DNA of 64,000 nucleotides from Candidatus Eiseniibacteriota bacterium (GTDB lineage Bacteria; Eisenbacteria; RBG-16-71-46): NCBI GenBank assembly GCA_038231135.1, contig JBBRLX010000025.1, positions 772 to 64,771 of the forward strand, read 5' to 3'. Shown piece by piece: positions 39,059 to 48,030 of this stretch (position 1 is its first letter; each line of letters starts with the position of its first letter). The notes under the pieces were generated by a model. It saw only the letters and a program-made list of their open reading frames with translations, ran no database searches and was not told where the DNA came from. The position numbers and the translations under genes were made by a program.

Positions 39059-39460
39059 TCACAGCTCCTCGAGCTCCTCGCGCATCTGCGCCCCGGGGCT
39101 CCTCGGCAGATGGAAGTACCACCAGGTGTCCGCCGCGGTCCAGCCCTCGAGCTCGGCGATGGCGTCGCCCCAGATGCATTCGTCGGAGGGCGCCAGCAGT
39201 TCCTTCATCGCGCGGTCCGCCTTCTCGATGCGGGTGAGCGCAACCGTCGGGACCTCCTCCGGAATCAGCGCGATCAGCTCCTCCAGGAGCTGGCGGTTGT
39301 CCATGTCGTTCAGGTAGTCGTCGAGCCCCAGCGGGTAACCATGGCGCACCTGATCCACCGTGCGCTCCCAGTCGGCAACCCGGCCCTCGAGACCTGCGGT
39401 CACCACGTCCTCGGGGCAGCCTCGTGCGCGCAGGAACCGGATCACAGCATCCGAGCTCAA
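39059..39460 (-). CDS. Small acidic hypothetical protein; candidate immunity protein
   Basis: GGAGG RBS before a TTG start, 133 aa rich in Glu/Asp/Trp, 15 nt downstream of the toxin-like gene. Confidence 0.6.
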   Translation of the reverse strand: MSSDAVIRFLRARGCPEDVVTAGLEGRVADWERTVDQVRHGYPLGLDDYLNDMDNRQLLEELIALIPEEVPTVALTRIEKADRAMKELLAPSDECIWGDAIAELEGWTAADTWWYFHLPRSPGAQMREELEEL

Positions 39461-39475
39461 GTATTCCTCCAGGTG

Positions 39476-39988
39476 TCAGTGGGACCGGGCGAGCTGCCGC
39501 CGGAAGTAGCTCTCGCCCTGGTTGGGGCGGAAGAACGTGCGGATCGTGCCGTCGTCGTCGAACGCCAGGAACGCGCCGCTGCTCCGGTCGAAGCGCGTGA
39601 TCACCCCGTCGCCGCGCGACGCCTCGAGGATCTCGACACCCGCGGGCGCATCGCGCAGCCGCTGGGCCAGCGCGAGGTAGTCGTCCGCCGAGCGCGCGCC
39701 GAACTCGGCGCCGTGCTTGGCGAAGTGCTCCGCAAGTCGCTCGCGACTGCGGAAGCCGATCGCCGCACCGTAGCGGGTGGCGCCGGACCGGGCGGAACCG
39801 GCGCCCGCTTGCGAACCCGAGCCGGCCGCAGTCCCGGAGCCCGCCTCGGGCACCGCCCGCCCCGCCTCGGCCGCGGTCCCGGCGCCCGGCGCCCCCGCCG
39901 GCAACGCCGCGTGCAGCCGCTGCCACATCGAGTAGCCGGCGGCGGCGAGCAATACGAGGATCAGCAGCAGGGCTTGTCTGGCTTTCAC
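39476..39988 (-). CDS. Membrane-anchored protein with a polymorphic-toxin-like (pyocin/CdiA-CT-type) C-terminal domain
   Basis: GGAGG RBS and GTG start at 39988, N-terminal TM and Ala/Gly linker. Domain EHFAKHGAEFG...DYLALA...RFD...FLAFDDDGTIRTFFRP...YF. Confidence 0.65.
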   Translation of the reverse strand: MKARQALLLILVLLAAAGYSMWQRLHAALPAGAPGAGTAAEAGRAVPEAGSGTAAGSGSQAGAGSARSGATRYGAAIGFRSRERLAEHFAKHGAEFGARSADDYLALAQRLRDAPAGVEILEASRGDGVITRFDRSSGAFLAFDDDGTIRTFFRPNQGESYFRRQLARSH

Positions 39989-40166
39989 GGTTCCTCCCTG
40001 AGGGCGGCACATTACCGGCCAGGAGCCGCGGCGCCAATCCGGGATCCGAATGCGGATTCCGCCTCCACTTCCCCGCGGTTCCTGCCGAAAACCGGGAGCG
40101 GAGCCCCGGGCCTCGAGGCTGCCCGGCGGCAGGCGCGATCCACCGACCCACTCGCAGGAGATTCCC

Positions 40167-42626
40167 GTGCAGTCCGAGCGACCGGCCGGCTCCCCCGATC
40201 CGGTTCGACACGTCGAGCCGTTCTTCGTTCCCGGGCTCGTGTTCCTGGCGCTGGTCGTGCGCCTGTGGCACATCCGGCACGGCCTCCCCGACTTCCTCGA
40301 GCCCGCCGAGCCGCTGCGCGCCGCGCTGGCGCTGCGCGATGCCGCCACCGGGGCCGTCGACTGGAACCCGCATTCGTTTCTGCATCCGTCGCTCACGATC
40401 TACCTCCACTTCGTGCTGCAGCAGGTCGTGTACGGCGCCGGCGCCGTGCTGGGATTCTGGCACTCCTACGCCGACTACCTCGTCACGTTCCAGGTCGATC
40501 CATCGTTCATGGTGGTGGTGGCCCGCATGGTGGGCATCGTGTGCGACGCGTTCGCCGTGGTCGCCGCATACCGGCTCGGCCGCCGGCTGCATTCCGGCGC
40601 GGGGCTGCTGGCGGGATTGCTCGTGGCGTGCGCGCCGACCATGCTCGTGATGTCGCGCTCGATCGCGACGGACACCGTGATGGCGGCGCTCGCGTTGTGG
40701 GCGCTGGAGCGCATGATCCGCTGGTACGAGCGCGGCGGCTTGCGGCGGCTCGCGGGGGCCGCGCTGCTCGCCGGCCTGGCGGCGGGCGCCGAGTACCCCG
40801 GCCTGATGCTGGCGTTGCCGCTGATGTGGGTCGTATGGCGGCGCGAGGTCCGCGGCGCCCCCGGCCGCGGCGCCATGGTGCTGGGCTTCGCGGTCGCGGC
40901 GATGGCGGCCACGTTCGTCGTCACCACGCCGTATGCGGTGCTCGATCCGCACGCGTTCGGGCGCGACTTCGGATTCCTCGCGCTGCACGCAGCCGACGGC
41001 TTCGCGACCGGGCTGTCGCCCCACCGCTTCGCGGCGCAGTCCGCGGCGCTGGCCGCGAATCTCGGCGGTCCGATGGTGCTGCTGGTGGTGGGCTCGCTCG
41101 GCCTGGTGTTCGCCGACGCGCGGCGACGCGTGACCACGATCGTGTTGTGGCTGGCATTCGCCGCGTTCGGCATCGGCGCGTCGATCGCGCGCGGCGCCGC
41201 CGAGCCCGCGATGCTGCCGCTGATCGCGGTGGGTGCCGTGCTGGGAGCGGCGACGCTGCACTTCGCGGTGAGCCCGTTCCGCCGCTCGGTGCGGCGCGTG
41301 ATGCTCGCGCTGCTGCTCGCCACGACCGCCGGGCCCAACCTGGTCGCCGGGCTGCACGCCGCGTGGATCGGCTCCGACACCACGAACCTCGAGGCGCGCC
41401 GCTGGAGCGAGCGGTTCCTGCGCCCGGGCGACGTGATGGTGCAGGAGGACTACAGCGCCCGGCTGTACTCGGAGTCGCAGGTGCTGGACGCCCAGTCGGC
41501 GCCCGAGTACCGGCTCGCCTCGCCCGACGCCCGCAGCGGCATCACCTCGCTGCGCACCTACGGCGTGGTGACCCTGCCCCCGCCCGCGGCCGGGCGGATC
41601 GTGAACCTGCTCCAGCCCGAACGCCGCGCGCCGCGCGAGATCGAGGTGTTCCCGAACGCTTCCGACCTGGCGCAGGCGTTCTACGATCCGCGGCTGTACA
41701 CGGCGTGCGACTACGTGATGACGAGCGGCGCGGTGCGCGCGCCGTTCGAGCTCGAGCCGCGCCGCTATCCTGTCGAGTGCGCGCTCTACCGGTTGCTCGA
41801 CGCGACGTGCGAGGTGGTGGTGCGGTTCGCGCCCCATGGCGCCGTCGAGGGGCCCGAGATCCGTGTGTATCGCATCGGCTCCCACTTCCGTTCGGCCGTC
41901 GAGGCGCGCGGGGCGCTCGATTCGCTGTGGTGGTCGAACAGCGTCCCCAACGGCTACCGCGCGCTGGCCGGACGCATCCTCGCGCCCCCGCCGCACGCTC
42001 CCGCACCCGCCGCGGAGGCGCCCGCCCCGGCCGCGGACGACAGCATGCCGGGAGTGGACGCGTCCTACGTCGGAGCCTCAGGGGCCGCCAGCCACCGCGC
42101 CGGCGCCCGCGGCGCCCGCGACTCGCTGTCGCTTGCCAGCGTGCTCGGGCGCGCGCTCGGACCCCCCCAGGGTCCCGAAACCCCCACCGCGCCGGACACC
42201 ACCGACGGCGATTGGACTCCGCCCTGGGTGCGCAGCCTGTCGCCCGTGTACGACGAGCACGTGCGCCGGTTCGCAGAGCAGATGTCGGTGATGCTCGCAC
42301 GCTCCGGCCGCTACGAGGCCGCGTCACGGTTCGCACTCGCCACGCTGGCGATGCATCCCGAGGATGACTCCGCGTGCATGGTCTACAGCGTGTGCGCGAG
42401 GTCGCTGGGCCTCGACGACCGCGCCCAGGCCGTGATCGAGCGGGCCCTCGCCGCACGCCGCGTACGCCCGGTCGATCCCGGCCTGCGGCTCGAGTACGCA
42501 AGAGTGCTGGAGGCCCTGGGCCAGCCCGCCCGCGCCCGCGCCGAACTGACCGCCCTCACCGCCATCACCGACCCCCACAACGCCGTAGCCGCCGAAGCCC
42601 GCAGAATTCTGGCCGCCACGCCCTAG
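40167..42626 (+). CDS. ArnT/PMT-like (GT-C) glycosyltransferase with a C-terminal TPR region
   Basis: RLWHIRHGLPDFLEPAE, WNPHSFLHPSL and TTPYAVLD, with multiple TMs and C-terminal helical TPR-like repeats. AGGAG RBS before GTG 40167. Confidence 0.75.
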   Translation: MQSERPAGSPDPVRHVEPFFVPGLVFLALVVRLWHIRHGLPDFLEPAEPLRAALALRDAATGAVDWNPHSFLHPSLTIYLHFVLQQVVYGAGAVLGFWHSYADYLVTFQVDPSFMVVVARMVGIVCDAFAVVAAYRLGRRLHSGAGLLAGLLVACAPTMLVMSRSIATDTVMAALALWALERMIRWYERGGLRRLAGAALLAGLAAGAEYPGLMLALPLMWVVWRREVRGAPGRGAMVLGFAVAAMAATFVVTTPYAVLDPHAFGRDFGFLALHAADGFATGLSPHRFAAQSAALAANLGGPMVLLVVGSLGLVFADARRRVTTIVLWLAFAAFGIGASIARGAAEPAMLPLIAVGAVLGAATLHFAVSPFRRSVRRVMLALLLATTAGPNLVAGLHAAWIGSDTTNLEARRWSERFLRPGDVMVQEDYSARLYSESQVLDAQSAPEYRLASPDARSGITSLRTYGVVTLPPPAAGRIVNLLQPERRAPREIEVFPNASDLAQAFYDPRLYTACDYVMTSGAVRAPFELEPRRYPVECALYRLLDATCEVVVRFAPHGAVEGPEIRVYRIGSHFRSAVEARGALDSLWWSNSVPNGYRALAGRILAPPPHAPAPAAEAPAPAADDSMPGVDASYVGASGAASHRAGARGARDSLSLASVLGRALGPPQGPETPTAPDTTDGDWTPPWVRSLSPVYDEHVRRFAEQMSVMLARSGRYEAASRFALATLAMHPEDDSACMVYSVCARSLGLDDRAQAVIERALAARRVRPVDPGLRLEYARVLEALGQPARARAELTALTAITDPHNAVAAEARRILAATP

Positions 42627-42703
42627 CAACCTCACGGAACGCGAGGCCTCCAAGGCCCGCCGCGTGATCCGGACACCGTAGTGCGGCGCCCCGCGGTGAA
42701 GAT

Positions 42704-42964
42704 CGGGGTGATGTTCCGGAGGCCGGGGACCGAGCCCTGCGGGAGTGCCACCCGATCCAACAGGCAGCCACGTGCCGCGATGCCGTTCGGGGTGAGGTTC
42801 CCGGAGGCGGGGACCGAGCGCAGCGCGGGAGTGCAGGGATGCACGGAGCGCTGCGCGAGTAGCGAGGACCCGCCAGGAGGGCGGGGCCGAAGCGTCCCCG
42901 CCGGAGGAATCTCACCCCGAACGGCATCGCTGCTCAAGACCCCGCCGGAGGAATCTCACCCCGA
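42704..42964. repeat. Nested inverted-repeat (REP/MITE-like) intergenic element
   Basis: Left ends CGGGGTGA(T/G)GTTCC..GGAGGC.GGGGACCGAGC at 42704 and 42788. Right ends CCCCGCCGGAGGAATCTCACCCCGA at 42896 and 42940. The inner unit 42777-42930 has ~35-bp imperfect terminal inverted repeats. Confidence 0.75.
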
Positions 42965-43026
42965 GGGTCACCGCAACTCAGGCGCCCAGACTGGTCTTGC
43001 CCGCCAAGCCGGGATAAGCTTAGTAC

Positions 43027-45369
43027 GTGGGATCCTCACCCCTGACCACCAGCCGCGGCAGGTTTCGCTTCCGCGATCTCCTGCCGTTCGGACCCCGGCG
43101 GCACCCCCGGCCGCGCCCATTTCTGGAGATGCTCGGCATCGCGTGGGAGAACCGCGACAACCTGCCCTACGCCTGGCGCATCCTCAATCATGGCGTGTGT
43201 GACGGCTGTTCGCTCGGCCCGCGCGGGCTCCGCGACGACGTGATCTCGGGCGTGCACCTGTGCATGACCCGGCTCAAGCTTCTGCGCTTGAACACGATGG
43301 GGCCGATCCCCGACGCCGAGCTCCACAGCATGGCGGCGTTGCGAGCCCGCACCAACGAGCAACTGCGCCTGCTCGGACGCCTCCCCTACCCGATGATCCA
43401 CCGCGCCGGCGACGACCGCCTGCACCGGCTGTCGTGGGACGAGGCGCTGGCGATCGCGGGCGACGCGCTGCGCGAGCTGCCGGGCGAGCGCATGGGGTTC
43501 TTCGCCACGTCGCGCGGCATCGTGAACGAGACGTACTACGCGTTCCAGAAGGTGGCGCGGCTGCTGGGCTCGAATCACGTCGACCTGTGCGCCCGGCTGT
43601 GCCACGCCGCGAGCGTAGCCGGTCTCAAGGACACGCTCGGGATCCCGGCGCCCACGTGTTCGCTCACGGACCTGATCGGCAGCGACCTCGTCGTGATCCT
43701 CGGCTCGCACCTGTCGAACAACCAGCCCGTGACCACCAAGTACCTGTGCTACGCCAAGCGCCAGGGCACGCGCGTGATCGTGGTGAACCCGATGCGCGAG
43801 CCGGGGCTCGAGCGCTACTGGGTGCCGAGCGACCTGCGCAGCGCCGTGTTCGGCACCCGCATCATGGACGACTTCTTCCAGGTGGCGGTCGGCGGCGACG
43901 TGGCGTTCCTGAACGGCGCGCTCAAACACCTGGTGGAGCGCGACTGGCTCGACGACGCGTTCGTGGCGCAACGCACGGCGGGGTTCGACGAGGTGCGCGC
44001 GCACGTCGCGGCGCTGGCGTGGGAACCGCTCGAGCGCGCGGCCGGGCAGACGCGCGACGACATGCTGCGGTTCGCGTCGCAGCTCGCGACCGCCCGCACC
44101 TGCGTGTTCGTCTACAGCATGGGGCTCACCCAGCACCGGTTCGGCGTCGAGAACGTGAAGGCGCTGGTGAACGTGGCGCTCGCGCGCGGCATGCTGGGAC
44201 GCGAGAAGTGCGGCATCCTGCCGATCCGCGGGCATTCCGGCGTGCAGGGCGGCGGCGAGTGCGGGGTCGATCCCGACAAGTATCCCGGCGGCTTCGAGGT
44301 TGCGAACGACGCCGACCGCGCGCGGTTCGAGGCGCTGTGGGGCCATCCGCTGCCCGGGTGGCGCGGCCACCGCACGCTGCAGATGGTGGAGGCCGCGCAT
44401 CGCGGCGAGATCGACATGCTGTACTCGCTCGGCGGCAATCTGCTCGAGACCATGCCCGACCGCGCGTACATGCACGAGGCGCTCGCGCGCGTGCCGGTGC
44501 GCATCCACCAGGACATCGTGCTCAACACCGCGTCGGTGATGGAGGGAGCCACGGTGCTGCTGCTGCCGGCCCAGACCCGCTACGAGACGCCCGGCGGCGG
44601 CACCGCCACGAGCACCGAGCGCCGCATCCGCTACACGCCCGAGATCCCCGGCCCGCGCATCGCGGAGGCGCGGCCCGAATGGCGCATCCCGGTGGACCTG
44701 GCGCTCGCCGCGCGGCCGGCGCTGGCCGCGGCGCTGGGCTGGAGCGGCCCCGCCGAGATTCGCGCCGAGATGGCGCGGGCGATTCCGACCTACGCCGGCG
44801 TCGAGCGGCTCGAGCGCGAAGGGCAATGGGTGCAATGGGGCGGCGCGCGGCTGTTCGAGGACGGCTTCGCGCGCATGCCGGGAGGACGCGCGCGGTTCAC
44901 CGTCGTGTCGATTCCCGACACCGTGATCCCCGAGGGCCGGTTCCTGCTCACCACCCGCCGCGGCAAGCAGTTCAACAGCATCACCTACGGCTCGCGCGAC
45001 GCCCTGATGGGCAGCCCCGACCGGCGCGATGTGCTGATGAGCTCCACGGACGCCGACCGGCTCGGCGTGCGGGACGGGCAGCCGATCCTGCTGCGCTCCG
45101 ACACCGGCAGCTGGACCGGGATCACCCGCCGGGCGGCCATGAAGGAGCGCCACCTGCAGGCCTACTGGCCCGAGACCAACGTGCTGATTTCACGCCGATT
45201 CGACCCGGTGTCGGGCGAACCGGATTACAATGCATTCGTCACGGTGGAGCCGATCGCCGAGCTGGGTGCCACCACGCCCGCGCGCGTGGAGCCCGGATTC
45301 GCGGGCGCTCACCGTCCGCTGAACGCAGTGCTGGAGCCGGCCGGAGCCGAGCGCCGTTCCCATCCCTAG
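43027..45369 (+). CDS. FdhF/YdeP family molybdopterin oxidoreductase
   Basis: CDGCSLG, GRLPYPM, CARLCH, PIRGHSGVQGGGE, STERRI and TRRGKQFNS. Confidence 0.9.
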   Translation: MGSSPLTTSRGRFRFRDLLPFGPRRHPRPRPFLEMLGIAWENRDNLPYAWRILNHGVCDGCSLGPRGLRDDVISGVHLCMTRLKLLRLNTMGPIPDAELHSMAALRARTNEQLRLLGRLPYPMIHRAGDDRLHRLSWDEALAIAGDALRELPGERMGFFATSRGIVNETYYAFQKVARLLGSNHVDLCARLCHAASVAGLKDTLGIPAPTCSLTDLIGSDLVVILGSHLSNNQPVTTKYLCYAKRQGTRVIVVNPMREPGLERYWVPSDLRSAVFGTRIMDDFFQVAVGGDVAFLNGALKHLVERDWLDDAFVAQRTAGFDEVRAHVAALAWEPLERAAGQTRDDMLRFASQLATARTCVFVYSMGLTQHRFGVENVKALVNVALARGMLGREKCGILPIRGHSGVQGGGECGVDPDKYPGGFEVANDADRARFEALWGHPLPGWRGHRTLQMVEAAHRGEIDMLYSLGGNLLETMPDRAYMHEALARVPVRIHQDIVLNTASVMEGATVLLLPAQTRYETPGGGTATSTERRIRYTPEIPGPRIAEARPEWRIPVDLALAARPALAAALGWSGPAEIRAEMARAIPTYAGVERLEREGQWVQWGGARLFEDGFARMPGGRARFTVVSIPDTVIPEGRFLLTTRRGKQFNSITYGSRDALMGSPDRRDVLMSSTDADRLGVRDGQPILLRSDTGSWTGITRRAAMKERHLQAYWPETNVLISRRFDPVSGEPDYNAFVTVEPIAELGATTPARVEPGFAGAHRPLNAVLEPAGAERRSHP

Positions 45370-45394
45370 CCGATCGACCCGGAGAATTCTCGAC

Positions 45395-46459
45395 ATGCCG
45401 CTGCTCGCCAACGTGGTCCTCGCGACCGCCCTCGCTGTCGCCGTTCCCGCCGTGCCCACGCTGGCCACCGCAGCGCTCCCCCCGGCGTCGGCGGCGCTCG
45501 GCCGCAAGGCGGCGGCCCCGCCGCAGCCCGCGACGACCGCGCCGGCCGCGGTCAATCCCGCGGCGCCGGACTATTCCGGTTACCAGGAGCTGCTCGACGC
45601 GTACCTCAGGGTCGTTTCGTCGCCCGGGGCGCCGCTCGAAACGCGCATGGACTATTACGGGCTGTTCACGAATCCCATCCGGGCCCAGAAGTTCGAGGAC
45701 GTCCGCGCCCAGCTGCTGCCGGTGAATCCGGCGAGGCTCGACGTGAAACACCGCCATGCGTGGGCGATCAACGCCTACAACATGCTCGTGATCCAGCTCG
45801 TCACCGAGAACTTCGTGTCGGGCCACGTGAGCGCCCAGATGCGGGCCAAGGGGATCTTTGGCGTGCCGTGGCAGAGCGTCCGGGACATCCGCGTGAACGC
45901 CGTGCCGTTCTTCGACGTGGTGGTCGCGCGGATCGGCACCACGGACTACTCCCTCAACTCGTTCGAGCGGACGTTCGTGTTCGACGGGTATCCGGCACCG
46001 GGTCCGGGCGCCAAACCGGCGCCGCCGCCCAGGACCCTCGACCCGCGCGCCCACTTCGCGCTCGTGAACGGCGCGATCGGCAGCCCGCCGCTCCAGCCGC
46101 GCGCGTTCCTGCCCGAATCGCTCGACGCGCAGCTCGACCAGGCGTGCCGCGACGCGCTCGCCAGCCCGCGGCACCTCCAGTGGGATCCGGTGCTGCACCG
46201 GGTGGCGGCCAGCTCGCTGCTGAGCTGGTCCGAAGGCGACTTCGGCGGGCCCTCGAAGACCTACGAATTCGTCGAACGGTTCGCGCCCGATTCGCTGCAC
46301 GCGGCGCTCGCCGCCAAGCCGCAGCACGTGATCGACACGTTCGTGCCGTGGGACTGGGATCTCAACTGGGTGCGCGTCGCCGCCCCGCACGCCGCGAGGA
46401 TGGCGCCGACGCGTTCGATGACGGCTCCGGCCGACTCGCAGGCGACGCACAAGCCGTAG
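45395..46459 (+). CDS. Secreted DUF547-domain protein
   Basis: WAINAYN, DPRAHFALVNGAIGSPPL, WSEGDFG and WDWDLN. The usual Cys pair appears replaced. Confidence 0.82.
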   Translation: MPLLANVVLATALAVAVPAVPTLATAALPPASAALGRKAAAPPQPATTAPAAVNPAAPDYSGYQELLDAYLRVVSSPGAPLETRMDYYGLFTNPIRAQKFEDVRAQLLPVNPARLDVKHRHAWAINAYNMLVIQLVTENFVSGHVSAQMRAKGIFGVPWQSVRDIRVNAVPFFDVVVARIGTTDYSLNSFERTFVFDGYPAPGPGAKPAPPPRTLDPRAHFALVNGAIGSPPLQPRAFLPESLDAQLDQACRDALASPRHLQWDPVLHRVAASSLLSWSEGDFGGPSKTYEFVERFAPDSLHAALAAKPQHVIDTFVPWDWDLNWVRVAAPHAARMAPTRSMTAPADSQATHKP

Positions 46460-46567
46460 CGGGCCTTGGGGGCCGGCCGCCCGCGGGCCGAATTTCAGGG
46501 AGGGCACCACCATGGATGGACGCTTGCTGTCTGGCGTGCGCCGGGACCGAACCGCGACCGCGACCCC

Positions 46568-48028
46568 GTGACGACTTCCGATCTCGTCGTGCTGGGCGGC
46601 GGCATCACCGGGCTCGCCATCGCGCGGCTCGCCGCCCGCAACGGCCTGACCGTGACGGTGCTCGAACAGGGCGACCTCGCCTCGGGCACGAGCAGCGCCA
46701 GCAGCCACATGCTGCACGGGGGCCTGCGGTATCTCGAGCACGGGCGGTTCACGCTGGTGCGCGAGTCGCTGCAGCAACGCGCGCAGGTGATCCGCATGGC
46801 GCCGCGGCTGGCCGAGCCGCGCCGGTTCCTGGTGCCGCTCTACCGCGGCGACCGGCGGGGGCCGCTCCGGCTCCGCGCCGGCCTCATGATCTACGACGCG
46901 TTCGCCGGCACCGAGCGGTTCTCGCGCCATTCGATGGTGCGCCGCCGCGAGGCGCTGGCGCTCGAACCCGTGCTGGCGCCCGAGGCGCTGCGCGGCGCCG
47001 GCATCTATTCCGACGGCGTGATGGACGATGGCCGGCTCGCGGTGGCGGTGGCCCGCGACGCCGCCGCCCATGGCGCGCACATCCTCACCTATACCGAGGC
47101 CATCGGCGCCCGGCCGACCGGGGACGCCAGCTACGACATCACGGCGCGTGACGCGCTCGATGGCAAAGGCGTCACGGTGCGGGCGCGCGTGATCGTCAAC
47201 GCCACCGGCCCGTGGACGGACCTGGTGCGCACCCGGCTGCTGGGCGCGCTGGCGCCGGGGCGGCCCGACCCCGCCCCGCTGCTGCGGCCGTCGCGCGGCG
47301 TGCACCTGGTGTTTCCGGCGCTCACCCGCAGCCACGGGCTGCTGCTCACCTCGCATCTCGACGGCCGGGTGTTCTTCGTGGTGCCGTTCGGCCGCCGGTC
47401 GCTGGTGGGAACCACCGAGGTCGAGGTGCCGTCACCGCCCCCGGCCGGGGCGTGGCGCGCCACGCTCGACGAGGTGCGCTATTTGCGGGAGTCGCTGCGC
47501 CGCGCGCTGCCCGAGGCGGCGCACCTGCCGCCGCTCGCGGTGCTGTCGGGGCTGCGGCCGCTGCTCGCGTCGCAGAACGACGTGGGCAGCGCGTCGCGCG
47601 AGGACCGGGTGATCGAGGAGCACGGCATGTTCACCGTGGCCGGCGGCAAGTACACGACGTTCCGCGTGATCGCGCGGCATGCGCTCACCGCCGCGGCGGC
47701 GCGGCTCGGGCGGGCCGGGCGACCGCTCCTCGACCCCGCCGACCCGCTGCCGGCCCCGCTGGCCGCGGACGCGACGATCGACCGGCTCGCGGACTTCGCC
47801 GTGGAACACGAGTTCGCGCGGCGGGTCGGCGACGTGGTGCGGCGCCGCAGCCTGCTGTGGCTCGAGCCGGATCGCGGGCGCGCCGCGGCCACGCGCATCG
47901 CGCAACGCATGGCGCAGCGGCTGGGCTGGAGCGCCGCGCGCCAGCAGCAGGAATTCCAGGCCTACGACGCCTCGCTGTGGGAGGAGGAATCGCTCCTGCA
48001 ACAGTCGGCGCACGACGAAGGAGTGTGA
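46568..48028 (+). CDS. glpD: FAD-dependent glycerol-3-phosphate dehydrogenase/oxidase
   Basis: GGGITG, DLASGTSSASSHMLHGGLRYLE, NATGPW, GLRPL and AGGKYTT. Confidence 0.92.
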   Translation: MTTSDLVVLGGGITGLAIARLAARNGLTVTVLEQGDLASGTSSASSHMLHGGLRYLEHGRFTLVRESLQQRAQVIRMAPRLAEPRRFLVPLYRGDRRGPLRLRAGLMIYDAFAGTERFSRHSMVRRREALALEPVLAPEALRGAGIYSDGVMDDGRLAVAVARDAAAHGAHILTYTEAIGARPTGDASYDITARDALDGKGVTVRARVIVNATGPWTDLVRTRLLGALAPGRPDPAPLLRPSRGVHLVFPALTRSHGLLLTSHLDGRVFFVVPFGRRSLVGTTEVEVPSPPPAGAWRATLDEVRYLRESLRRALPEAAHLPPLAVLSGLRPLLASQNDVGSASREDRVIEEHGMFTVAGGKYTTFRVIARHALTAAAARLGRAGRPLLDPADPLPAPLAADATIDRLADFAVEHEFARRVGDVVRRRSLLWLEPDRGRAAATRIAQRMAQRLGWSAARQQQEFQAYDASLWEEESLLQQSAHDEGV

Positions 48029-48030
48029 GC

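Noticed and set aside
42704-42964. Possible CRISPR array
   Set aside because: Only two copies of each end, in inverted arrangement, with no regular repeat-spacer period and no cas genes in the window.
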